This document shows positions 29,469-37,351 of a stretch of DNA of 60,553 bases, piece after piece. A program made the translations under genes and the position numbers. The DNA is from Candidatus Pacearchaeota archaeon (GTDB lineage Archaea > Nanobdellota > Nanobdellia > Pacearchaeales > GW2011-AR1), in the NCBI GenBank assembly GCA_016181895.1, contig JACOYL010000010.1, positions 1 through 60,553 on the forward strand. Direction: 5' to 3'. Under the pieces are notes generated by a model. That model had not been told where the DNA came from, made no database searches, and saw only the letters and a list, made by a program, of their open reading frames with translations. How positions within the stretch are numbered: the first letter of the stretch is position 1; every line of letters begins with the position of its first letter.

Positions 29469-30098
29469 CTAATCAATTTGAAATAATTCTCTTTCTTCAT
29501 CAAGTCCATCTACTTCCTTTTTTCCGTCTGTACCGCAATGCAAAAGGGCTGCATAAGGATACATAAAGTCTTCTGGATTTTCTGAATGCCCATATCCAAG
29601 ATGATGTCCCTGTTCATGGACCGAAACATGGTAAAAAGGAAGTCCTGTTTCCGAAAGATTTAATTCAGGGCTTCTTTCTCTTATAACGCAATCAGTCCAT
29701 TCAGAGTAAAAGGGATATCCGGAAGATGAAAAAGTTGTATTATATACGATGTTTTTTATCCCTACAAAAGGGTCTCCCCCTGCATAAGCCATGACTTGAT
29801 GATTTAATTCCCCCAAATCCATAAAAAACGCCCTGTTCTCGGAAGTTTCATCAGATATATTTTCAATCTTCCAGTATCTTCCCGCTTCTATAAATAATTC
29901 CTGTTGCCAGCGTTCTAATTCCAATAGGTTAAATTCCAATGAGGGCTTTTCTTCCGGATAATTATCTCCTGTTTTAACATCGGGGTCATCCTTGCATGAA
30001 GAGAATCCAATTGCCAAAGCACCAATCAATAAGGTTCCCCCTAAAATTCTTGCCAGTCCGTTTGCAAACTTCCCATGCTCTCTGACCGATTTATTCAT
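29469..30098 (-). CDS. metzincin (matrixin-like) metalloprotease, lipoprotein-like
   Basis: HEQGHHLGYGH plus Met-turn FMYP; GFSSC lipobox-like signal. Confidence 0.8.
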   Translation of the reverse strand: MNKSVREHGKFANGLARILGGTLLIGALAIGFSSCKDDPDVKTGDNYPEEKPSLEFNLLELERWQQELFIEAGRYWKIENISDETSENRAFFMDLGELNHQVMAYAGGDPFVGIKNIVYNTTFSSSGYPFYSEWTDCVIRERSPELNLSETGLPFYHVSVHEQGHHLGYGHSENPEDFMYPYAALLHCGTDGKKEVDGLDEERELFQID

Positions 30099-30145
30099 TC
30101 AAAGGCAAAAAAAATCAGGTTTAAAAACAATGCGGTTTTAGTTTT

Positions 30146-30194
30146 CAACAGAAAGAATAAGAATTGTCTTTTGGGCAGAGTTCTAATTTTAATC
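30146..30194. repeat. cassette-boundary repeat C
   Basis: CAGAAAGAATAAGAATTGTCTTT...GCAGAGTTC; abuts the PemK stop. Confidence 0.8.
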
Positions 30195-30524
30195 TTATTT
30201 GATTAATTCTTTTAATTTTTTTGTTAATTCATCAAACACTTTCTTCTTTTTTTCAGAATTTAAATGGAAAAGGATTTTTGAAGCCATTTTCTTGGAAATT
30301 GTAAAGATATAATTCAATTTTATTACGCTATCTTTTATTGCTCCGTCTTTTCTGGATATAAAAATTCCTTCCATTTTTATATTGCTTGTAATTCCTGCCA
30401 CAACTATGTTATCATATTCTTCAAATAAAACAAGAACAGGTCTTTTTTTAATTTCAAATGTGTCTGTAAACTGAGTTTCAGCCAGAATTACATCTCCTGA
30501 CCTAAGCATTTTCCCATTCTTCAT
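30195..30524 (-). CDS. PemK/MazF-family toxin
   Basis: GDVILAETQFTD...KKRPVLVL...ITS...DSVIKLNYIFTI. Confidence 0.85.
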   Translation of the reverse strand: MKNGKMLRSGDVILAETQFTDTFEIKKRPVLVLFEEYDNIVVAGITSNIKMEGIFISRKDGAIKDSVIKLNYIFTISKKMASKILFHLNSEKKKKVFDELTKKLKELIK

Positions 30525-30726
30525 CCTCTTTATTATTCCAGAGTTCTCTCATTTTCTGCTGTTGTATTTTATGGAGAAATTCATCATATTGATTTCTTTT
30601 TCTCAAGGTTTTGAAAATATCAATCATTTTCTTAATTAATTCTTCATATGTTTGTCTTGGATGCTCTCTTATTTCCTTTAATGCCTCTAGTACGGATTTA
30701 TTTAATTGAATTGTTGTTTTTTCCAT
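30502..30726 (-). CDS. antitoxin partner of the PemK-like toxin
   Basis: MEKTTIQL...TYEELI; acidic tail LWNNKEDEEW; overlaps the toxin start. Confidence 0.7.
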   Translation of the reverse strand: MEKTTIQLNKSVLEALKEIREHPRQTYEELIKKMIDIFKTLRKRNQYDEFLHKIQQQKMRELWNNKEDEEWENA

Positions 30727-30776
30727 ATATAATTAACTATAGAGAATTATATAAAGTTTTCTGTTTTCAATTATTT

Positions 30777-30850
30777 TCAAGCATCTCCGATGTCTGTGAA
30801 TTTTTAACACCAACTATAATTCTTGTTTTGAGAGCAGAGTTCGTTAATCT
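30777..30850. repeat. cassette-boundary repeat D (longest)
   Basis: TCAAGCATCTCCGATGTCTGTGAATT...GCAGAGTTC. Confidence 0.8.
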
Positions 30851-30852
30851 AA

Positions 30853-31152
30853 CTAACCTGCAAGAATGTTCTCGCAAAAATCAATATGTTTTGCTCCGTC
30901 TTCAACATTTAACTGGCAGCATGTTACTATTTCTTTACTATTTTGCAATGATTTTATATAATCCAAATCATGATTTTTGCATGTTAATTCTCTTTCCTGA
31001 TGATTCAAATTTTCAGTTTTTTCAAAATAATAGCTCTGATAATTAATCAGGATTTTTTGGGAATTTAAAATCCCAAACAAAAGAACTAAATTAGCAATTA
31101 AAATTATAATTAAAATAATTATTCCGAGAATATATTTTTTTTCTGTTTTCAT
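30853..31152 (-). CDS. small membrane-anchored hypothetical protein
   Basis: N-terminal TM helix; 4 Cys in the C-terminal half. Confidence 0.6.
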   Translation of the reverse strand: MKTEKKYILGIIILIIILIANLVLLFGILNSQKILINYQSYYFEKTENLNHQERELTCKNHDLDYIKSLQNSKEIVTCCQLNVEDGAKHIDFCENILAG

Positions 31153-31165
31153 GTTAATAAATCCT

Positions 31166-31315
31166 TTAATTTATTTGTTGAATTTTCAATAACTTTTTTA
31201 TTATTTCATTTATTTTATCTAAATAATGACTTTCAATATCCCCTATTTTTGATACGAGCCTTTTCTTATCAAGCGTTTGAAGTTGAAATACTAATGCTGC
31301 GGAATCTTTTTCCAT
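31166..31315 (-). pseudogene. C-terminal fragment of a PemK/MazF toxin
   Basis: EKDSAALVFQLQTLDKKRLVSKIGDIE..YLDKINEIIKKLL; N-terminal half absent. Confidence 0.7.
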
Positions 31316-31316
31316 T

Positions 31317-31952
31317 TCATTGTCTTATGCAAACCAAATATTGAACATAAGGTGCGTTTGTCAATGCAGTTGAACCTCCGTCGCTTGGTTTCTGGGAAGA
31401 AACATTTACAACATCTACTGCGTGGGTATGGATTGATTCAGTTGAAGTTGAACCAGTAACATCATGAATGTGCGCCGCAGATGTGTGTGTATGGTCTGCG
31501 CTTTGCCACCCGCCGTTGAAATCAAATGTTCCTGTCACAGAAGTGTTGAATGGAAAGAACGCGCTTGATTCATAACCGTTAAGATATTTTGAATTGAAAG
31601 AATAAGGAACTCTTGCAAGTTGCGAAGTGCTTTGCAATGTTCCGTCACGATAATAGCAAAGCCAGTACTGGTCTGTGAAATTCAAATTAACATTTTCAAG
31701 ATAATAACTTACAATTCCTCTTACATCTGTGGCTTGCGTTGTCGCATTTGCAAAAACAATATTATCCACATTGGTGCAACCGTTGGTTGTTGAAATGTTA
31801 AATCCAAACTTGAAAGTTCCCGTTTGAATGTTTCCCGAAGAATCGCGGACTTGAATGTTAAGATGCATGTCGTCTTCTATCGCGGCAGATGAAATCAAAG
31901 TTATTGAAAATAATAATGCGATTAACAGCAGATAGTTCAACCCCTTTTTCAT
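31317..31952 (-). CDS. secreted protein with tail-fibre-tip-like C-terminus
   Basis: signal peptide; HxH repeats; ends NAPYVQYLVC like the 36505 ORF. Confidence 0.7.
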   Translation of the reverse strand: MKKGLNYLLLIALLFSITLISSAAIEDDMHLNIQVRDSSGNIQTGTFKFGFNISTTNGCTNVDNIVFANATTQATDVRGIVSYYLENVNLNFTDQYWLCYYRDGTLQSTSQLARVPYSFNSKYLNGYESSAFFPFNTSVTGTFDFNGGWQSADHTHTSAAHIHDVTGSTSTESIHTHAVDVVNVSSQKPSDGGSTALTNAPYVQYLVCIRQ

Positions 31953-31969
31953 TGAAAGCCAAGGAAAAA

Positions 31970-31986
31970 GAAATTTATAAATTTAT
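31970..31986 (-). promoter_or_regulatory. TATA-box promoter (leaderless)
   Basis: GAAATTTATAAATTTAT, 18 nt from the ATG at 31952; same offset as 32461 and 33286. Confidence 0.65.
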
Positions 31987-31998
31987 TGAGAGGTTTCT

Positions 31999-32202
31999 CT
32001 ATTCAGAAAGGTTCATAGAGAATTCTTTTAGATTTCCTTTTGGAATCCTGTCAGAAGCGTCTATAATTTCTATCGCGATAATCTTATTGTTTTTATCCAT
32101 ATCAACTATTATGCCTTCGTCTATTTCTTTGCTAATTTCATATTCTCCGTCCTGGAACTTTATACGCATAATATCGTTTTTTGCATCAAAATTGATTTTC
32201 AT
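31999..32202 (-). CDS. DUF2283-family putative antitoxin
   Basis: INFDAKNDIMRI...DMDKNNKIIAIEI. Confidence 0.8.
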   Translation of the reverse strand: MKINFDAKNDIMRIKFQDGEYEISKEIDEGIIVDMDKNNKIIAIEIIDASDRIPKGNLKEFSMNLSE

Positions 32203-32443
32203 TTTTCATATATCTTTTAGGCCCAGCATAATATGCAGTTATAACTATATAAGTTTTTGCATTCTCATTCTCTTCAAATACAACTCTAAGCAATTTATTT
32301 TTGATAATCTTATGGGCAATTTTTCTATTCCTTTTGCCTTTTACAATTTCGTCAGGATTTTTTAAAGCATCTTCAATAATTTCTTTACTAAATTTTCTGT
32401 CTTTAATTGTATCCTCAGCATAATCAGTATAGATTATCTTCAT
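32186..32443 (-). CDS. DUF4258-like putative toxin
   Basis: MKIIYTDYAEDTIKDR...LRVVFE...IVITAY; start reassigned to ATG 32443. Confidence 0.75.
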   Translation of the reverse strand: MKIIYTDYAEDTIKDRKFSKEIIEDALKNPDEIVKGKRNRKIAHKIIKNKLLRVVFEENENAKTYIVITAYYAGPKRYMKNENQF

Positions 32444-32460
32444 AAACTCAAAAAAGAGGG

Positions 32461-32477
32461 GAAATTTATAAATTTGT
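32461..32477 (-). promoter_or_regulatory. TATA-box promoter (leaderless)
   Basis: GAAATTTATAAATTTGT, 18 nt from the ATG at 32443. Confidence 0.65.
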
Positions 32478-32498
32478 TGCCCCATAAAACATTGGTTC

Positions 32499-32861
32499 TT
32501 AAACACGATGTATCGCCTGCTCCTCCCAAAGTTTTTCAAAGGAATAAAAATAATATGAAAGCTCTGATAAACTTTTTGATAAAATAACTTCCCCTTCTTT
32601 CATGACTTTTATTTGCATATAAAGAGGCATTAGTTCAAAAATGTGTATGTCATATTTTGGTTTTTTTCCTTGAATTATAAGAGTATCGCGATATATTTCT
32701 CTTGCTTTACCAATATTCCCAGCGATAATACAAATATCAATATCGCTTTTCGGGGTGCTGTTTTCTGTGGCATAGGAGCCATAAACTAAAACACCTAAAG
32801 ATTCGTTTTTAAATTTGCCAAAATCTTTTTTTATTTCATGTTTTATTGTTTTGGGTATCAT
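32499..32861 (-). CDS. minimal nucleotidyltransferase (MNT antitoxin)
   Basis: YGSYAT....KSDIDI. Confidence 0.88.
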   Translation of the reverse strand: MIPKTIKHEIKKDFGKFKNESLGVLVYGSYATENSTPKSDIDICIIAGNIGKAREIYRDTLIIQGKKPKYDIHIFELMPLYMQIKVMKEGEVILSKSLSELSYYFYSFEKLWEEQAIHRV

Positions 32862-33268
32862 TATGTTAATTTTTTAAAAACATTTTTTAAATGAGGCATG
32901 ATTTCAACAATTGATTTTTTAGCCAGAATATCATCAATATTATTATATTTATGAATTATCCTGTTTCTCAAGCCGTTTGCTTCATTCAAAATCTTCGCAT
33001 CTTTTTTATCTATTATCTTGACATTAACTAATTTCTCTGTGTTTTTATAATCATCTTCAACAATTTTATCACTATCTTTTATTTTCATTGCAACAATGTC
33101 AAATATCGCCTCAACAATTTCTTGAAACGCTTTATAGCATGCGAGTTTTGTTTTTTCATCATCTTCCGCAATCCACTCCCTTATTTCAGATAATCTCTTT
33201 TCAACAAGTTCTGCTTTTTCCTTGTATCTTTTTTCTCTTATTTTTATGGGTGTTTTATTCTCATTCAT
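32861..33268 (-). CDS. HEPN (DUF86) ribonuclease toxin
   Basis: GLRNRIIHKY (Rx4H). Confidence 0.88.
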   Translation of the reverse strand: MNENKTPIKIREKRYKEKAELVEKRLSEIREWIAEDDEKTKLACYKAFQEIVEAIFDIVAMKIKDSDKIVEDDYKNTEKLVNVKIIDKKDAKILNEANGLRNRIIHKYNNIDDILAKKSIVEIMPHLKNVFKKLT

Positions 33269-33285
33269 TTAATTTACAAAATAAG

Positions 33286-33302
33286 GAAATTTATAAATTT
33301 AT
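33286..33302 (-). promoter_or_regulatory. TATA-box promoter (leaderless)
   Basis: GAAATTTATAAATTTAT, 18 nt from the ATG at 33268. Confidence 0.65.
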
Positions 33303-33377
33303 TGTAAAATTTATTGTCGCAAGTTTTATAAATGATTTTCAGCAACATTAAATATGTAAATTTTTTACAAAATTTCC

Positions 33378-33800
33378 ATGGGAATCAAAAACGCGCTGAA
33401 ATTGAAAAAGAACAGGAAAAAGCTTAGATGGAAGGACCATAAATACAAGTCGAAAACGCTCAATTTGTATGCAAAGGCGGACCCGCTCGAGGGAAAAAAT
33501 CAGGCAAAGGGAATCGTCCTGCAAAAAATCCAGAAGGAGGCGAAGCAGCCGAATTCCGCGATGAGAAAGTGCTGCAAGGTTCAATTGACAAAAAACGGAA
33601 AAACAGTCACTGCTTTCATTCCGGGAAATCTTGCGCAAAAATTCATCGACGAGCACGATGAAGTCATGATTGAAAGAATCGGCGGAAAACAGGGAAGGTC
33701 AAAAGGAGACATTCCCGGCGTCAGGTTCAAAGTCATAAAAGTAAACGACCAGCCCCTGCATTTGCTGTGGCAGGGAAAAATAGAAAAGGGAAGAAGATGA
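33378..33800 (+). CDS. rps12: 30S ribosomal protein S12 (uS12)
   Basis: [20 protein letters not shown]. Confidence 0.97.
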   Translation: MGIKNALKLKKNRKKLRWKDHKYKSKTLNLYAKADPLEGKNQAKGIVLQKIQKEAKQPNSAMRKCCKVQLTKNGKTVTAFIPGNLAQKFIDEHDEVMIERIGGKQGRSKGDIPGVRFKVIKVNDQPLHLLWQGKIEKGRR

Positions 33801-34153
33801 ATGCTCAAAAACATGAACAAGTTGAAAAAGAACTTGAAAGATTAGTAAGCGTTATAATAGAAGTTGTTCCTTCATTAACAGAAGTTAGAGTTTTTGGAAG
33901 TTATAATAATGGAAATTGGAATCCTGAAACTTCAGACATTGATGTTTTTGTGGAACTTGAAGAAGGGACATTATCTATAATGAAAAAGGAAGAAATTGAA
34001 AAAATAGCTAGAGAAAGAATTAACGGCACACATTCTCATAAGTTTAGCATTGCTTTAGGGACTGAAATTAGTTTTTGTCTTTATCACTATAGTCTATATA
34101 GAAATATGAAATCAGGCAGACTTTTATATTCAAGTCAGGAGACAGCGGCTTAA
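33797..34153 (+). CDS. nucleotidyltransferase-domain protein (orphan MNT)
   Basis: VFGSY...SDIDVFV; ATGA overlap with rps12. Confidence 0.8.
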   Translation: MNAQKHEQVEKELERLVSVIIEVVPSLTEVRVFGSYNNGNWNPETSDIDVFVELEEGTLSIMKKEEIEKIARERINGTHSHKFSIALGTEISFCLYHYSLYRNMKSGRLLYSSQETAA

Positions 34154-34154
34154 A

Positions 34155-34424
34155 ATGCAAGAACAAAAATATGTTTCTGGAGAAATTGAAGTGACACAAA
34201 GGCATTATGGATTGTCAAATTGCATTCTTTCAAAACTTTTGGATAGCGAGCTTAGGATTTATCAGACAGGAAAGAACGGAACCGTCTACTTGCTTGATTT
34301 TTTGCGGGGAAGAAGTAATGTTCTCGTCACACAAAATAAAATTAAATTGAATCATGTGCCTAGAAGAGTTTTTTCAAAATTAGAAGAATTTTTTGGAACA
34401 TCTAGAGAAGGAGAATTAAATTAA
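34155..34424 (+). CDS. hypothetical protein
   Basis: 89-aa ORF with TAA-A-ATG junctions on both sides. Confidence 0.6.
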   Translation: MQEQKYVSGEIEVTQRHYGLSNCILSKLLDSELRIYQTGKNGTVYLLDFLRGRSNVLVTQNKIKLNHVPRRVFSKLEEFFGTSREGELN

Positions 34425-34425
34425 A

Positions 34426-35040
34426 ATGTCAGAGCAAAAAACAATTCAAAATTTCAAAATATTCGACTTGTATGACTTGTCGGAGGTTTCAGTTTCGGAT
34501 TTGGGATTAAAACCAGTGATAAATCTTCAACCGAAATTGATTTTGAAGAGTCATGGAAGAAACGTGCAAAAAATGGGGCAGACAAAAGTCAATGTTGTCG
34601 AGAGATTGATGAACAAGCTTGCTGTCGCAGGACATCGGGGAAAAAAGCACAAAATAGAATTGGGAAGAATCACTGGAAAATACACGAAAAACATGGGAAT
34701 AATTCTCGAAGCATTAAAACTTGTTCATGAAAAAACAAAACAAAATCCCGTGCAGATTCTTGTGAAGGCGATTGAAAACGCCGCGCCAAGAGATGAAATA
34801 ACAGTGATTGAATACGGCGGTGCGCGTTATCCTCAGGCGGTTGACGTTTCTCCATTGAGGCGCGTGAATCTTGCATTGAAGCACATCATTCATGGAGCAT
34901 CGGACAAGGCTTTCAATAAAAAGAAGACGATTGTCCAGGGGCTTGCGGAGGAAATAATTCTTGCCTCCGAGAACAACGGAGAAAGTTTTGCAATCAGGAA
35001 AAGAAACGAGGCCGAGAAACAAGCAGACAGTGCGAGATAG
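34426..35040 (+). CDS. rps7: 30S ribosomal protein S7 (uS7)
   Basis: AIENAAPRDE, AVDVSPLRRV, E.QADSAR end. Confidence 0.97.
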   Translation: MSEQKTIQNFKIFDLYDLSEVSVSDLGLKPVINLQPKLILKSHGRNVQKMGQTKVNVVERLMNKLAVAGHRGKKHKIELGRITGKYTKNMGIILEALKLVHEKTKQNPVQILVKAIENAAPRDEITVIEYGGARYPQAVDVSPLRRVNLALKHIIHGASDKAFNKKKTIVQGLAEEIILASENNGESFAIRKRNEAEKQADSAR

Positions 35041-35078
35041 ACAGTTAGTTTTATAAAATATGAACGTTTTGTTCGTTA

Positions 35079-35255
35079 ATGGAAAAAGTAAATGTAAGTA
35101 AATCTGCAATAAATGATTTGATAAGGTTAAAAGAAGAATTTGATTCTGTAATTGAATCTCTTGAATTGATTAATGATGATAAATTTATGAGTTCTTATAA
35201 AAAATCCAAGGAGCAGATTAAAAAAAGAGATTTTGATAATTGGGATGAGTTATAA
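35079..35255 (+). CDS. RelB-like antitoxin (58 aa)
   Basis: Hand translation MEKVNVSKSAIND...IESLELINDDKFM...WDEL; overlaps the toxin start. Confidence 0.7.
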   Translation: MEKVNVSKSAINDLIRLKEEFDSVIESLELINDDKFMSSYKKSKEQIKKRDFDNWDEL

Positions 35256-35493
35256 AATTCTTCCTACAAAGGAATTTTCAAACGATTTTAAAAAGATTAC
35301 TTCAGATTTTCAGAAAAGAATTAAAAATAAAATTGAAGAAGTTGCTGAAAATCCTGAAAGATATAAACACCTGCATTATGATTTAAAAGGGAGTTGTAGG
35401 ATAAGGGTTGGAAAATTAAGAGTTATTTTTTCTTATGATATTGATAAAAAGGAACTTTATCCCGAGAAAATAGTTTTTGGACATAATTATTGA
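35245..35493 (+). CDS. RelE/ParE-family toxin
   Basis: YKIL.TKEFSNDFKK...RIRVGKLRVIF. Confidence 0.88.
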   Translation: MSYKILPTKEFSNDFKKITSDFQKRIKNKIEEVAENPERYKHLHYDLKGSCRIRVGKLRVIFSYDIDKKELYPEKIVFGHNY

Positions 35494-35501
35494 AAGTTCT
35501 A

Positions 35502-35528
35502 AAAAAGCAGGCCGATAGCGCGAGATAA
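35502..35528 (+). repeat. displaced rps7 3' end, copy 2
   Basis: AAA AAG CAG GCC GAT AGC GCG AGA TAA = KKQADSAR*. Confidence 0.85.
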
Positions 35529-35566
35529 TTCAATAGATTTTTAATAATTGTTTTTTTAATTTATTT

Positions 35567-35860
35567 ATGAGTTATATTTTTGAGATTAAAGACAAGACAG
35601 GAAGAAAAATTCGTTTAACAAAGAAGCAATGGAAGCATATTACAACAAAACATCCCGATATGTCTGGAAAAGAGGAAGAAATAAAACAAGTTTTGGAAAG
35701 GCCCGATATTATCCTGCCGCATAAATTTGATGAAATGTCAAGAAATTATTATTTGTATGATAAAAATGAAAAAGCATATTTATTTGTTTCAGCAAGATAT
35801 TTAAACGGCGAGGGTTTTATTATAACGGCATTTTATACTCAACATATTAGGAAAAAATGA
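35567..35860 (+). CDS. putative RNase toxin (BECR/DUF4258-like)
   Basis: RLTKKQWKHI..KHP...YLNGEGFIITAFY; coupled to a DUF2283-like gene. Confidence 0.7.
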   Translation: MSYIFEIKDKTGRKIRLTKKQWKHITTKHPDMSGKEEEIKQVLERPDIILPHKFDEMSRNYYLYDKNEKAYLFVSARYLNGEGFIITAFYTQHIRKK

Positions 35861-36096
35861 CAGACAGAAAAATAGAATTAAACTATGAACCTGAAACAGA
35901 TTTACTGGAGATTTTTATAGGGGACCCTGTGCCGTCTTATTTTAACGAGATAGATGATGATTTGTTTGAGGGACATAGTAAGGAGACAAATGAATTAACA
36001 GGATATAAAATATTTAATCTGAGCAAGAGAAAAAAACAGGAATGGATTAAAAGCGTTAAAATCTCTTTGCCTGCTAATGTTAACATAACTTCTTGA
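35857..36096 (+). CDS. DUF2283-like antitoxin
   Basis: NYEPETDLLEIFIG. Confidence 0.7.
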   Translation: MTDRKIELNYEPETDLLEIFIGDPVPSYFNEIDDDLFEGHSKETNELTGYKIFNLSKRKKQEWIKSVKISLPANVNITS

Positions 36097-36097
36097 T

Positions 36098-36154
36098 TAT
36101 TTAAACGGCGAAAGTTTTGTTATAACAGCATATTTTGTTAGAAATATAAGTTAA
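36098..36154 (+). pseudogene. 18-codon tail of a homologous toxin gene
   Basis: YLNGESFVITAYFVRNIS*; exactly 300 bp after the same motif at 35798. Confidence 0.75.
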
Positions 36155-36155
36155 A

Positions 36156-36395
36156 ATGGAAGGGAAAATGAGTATTTATTATGACGAGGAAGGAGATTAC
36201 TTGGAGATATTTATAGAGGGACAAAGCCCAACATATGGGGAAGATATTGGAGATGACATTACATTGTTTAAGAAAGAAGAAAATAATGAAGTTGTGGGCG
36301 TTGGAATCTTAAATTTTAAAGAGAGGGCAAAATCTCTTAATGACATAAAACTCAATTTGCCGTTTAATGTTAATTTTTCCATGTTAAAAGTTTAG
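36156..36395 (+). CDS. orphan DUF2283-like antitoxin
   Basis: YYDEEGDYLEIF...GVGILNF. Confidence 0.75.
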   Translation: MEGKMSIYYDEEGDYLEIFIEGQSPTYGEDIGDDITLFKKEENNEVVGVGILNFKERAKSLNDIKLNLPFNVNFSMLKV

Positions 36396-36462
36396 ACAAG
36401 GTTTTGAGTGCAAAAACCCTTTCCGAAGTGAATGTTTAAATAAATAGTTTTATTTATTCTGA

Positions 36463-36486
36463 AAGCGGGCTGATAGCGCGAGGTGA
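36463..36486 (+). repeat. displaced rps7 3' end, copy 3
   Basis: AAG CGG GCT GAT AGC GCG AGG TGA = KRADSAR*. Confidence 0.8.
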
Positions 36487-36504
36487 TTTAAGAATTCAAT
36501 AAAT

Positions 36505-37254
36505 TTAATTTTTCCTGCAAACAAGATATTGGATGTAAGGAGCATTTGTTCCTGTAACACTTCCTGTGTTTGCAGTAGAGCCACTAATTGTGTGTGCGTG
36601 TGCGCCGGTTGTACTAGTAGTCACAGTCGAACTTCCAGCTGATCCGGTTTTTACATAAACATTTCCGCTACCAGAATCTGCTCTAAAGGTGTGTGAATGC
36701 CCTCCTGTATTATATGTATATAATGTCCCAACTCCATGATTATGCTGTCCGACTACCCTCTCCTCTCTATTCCCCAAAATTGTTCCAACAGTTCCTGCCA
36801 AAATTCCACCAGAAGGCAAGCCAACCAAATATCTTCCTCTTGCAGCCGTCACTGCTGCCCATCCTGTAGGACAGGAAGTCGCATCAAAAAACATAATTGC
36901 GCCGGAAGGAACCGTATCATCAATTCCATCACATAATGCTGCTCCCCCTGTTATAGCGGCACAACTTCCTTTATCTTTAACATAAGAATTTACAGTCGGA
37001 TCGGTTTCAACACTAGATGGCAAATTACTACAACTCCAAGCACTTCCAGACATTTTCAAAATTTCACCATTTGAACAAGGTTGAAGTTGAGATAAAGAAT
37101 GACCCGGGTTTGGAGTTGTTCCCGCAACAGCCCAAACCCCGACTCCGACAATCAATAAAATCAAAATCGCAATTAATGTATATGCAGTTCTTTGAGAAAT
37201 TGAAAGGTTAAATGTAAAATTATATTTGCCTCTTTTTCGAGTTTGTTTTCTCAT
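36505..37254 (-). CDS. membrane-anchored protein with phage tail-collar-like domain
   Basis: TM helix; VPSGAIMFF....CPTGW; GRYLVG; HxH repeats; NAPYIQYLVC. Confidence 0.75.
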   Translation of the reverse strand: MRKQTRKRGKYNFTFNLSISQRTAYTLIAILILLIVGVGVWAVAGTTPNPGHSLSQLQPCSNGEILKMSGSAWSCSNLPSSVETDPTVNSYVKDKGSCAAITGGAALCDGIDDTVPSGAIMFFDATSCPTGWAAVTAARGRYLVGLPSGGILAGTVGTILGNREERVVGQHNHGVGTLYTYNTGGHSHTFRADSGSGNVYVKTGSAGSSTVTTSTTGAHAHTISGSTANTGSVTGTNAPYIQYLVCRKN

Positions 37255-37351
37255 TAATAATAATAATAATAATAATATATAAAGTTTTCTAAGAAAATTC
37301 TTTGTTTAATAAGTAGCCACTGTTTAAACTCATACAATTAATTTGGCTTGT

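Noticed and set aside
28608-30850. Repeats A-D as a CRISPR array or classical attC sites
   Set aside because: Spacing is hundreds of bp and gene-filled; I could not see the RYYYAAC/GTTRRRY ends or long inverted arms of attC
31317-37254. Prophage or diversity-generating retroelement suggested by the tail-fibre-like genes
   Set aside because: No capsid, terminase, integrase or reverse transcriptase, and no adenine-specific template/variable repeat pair
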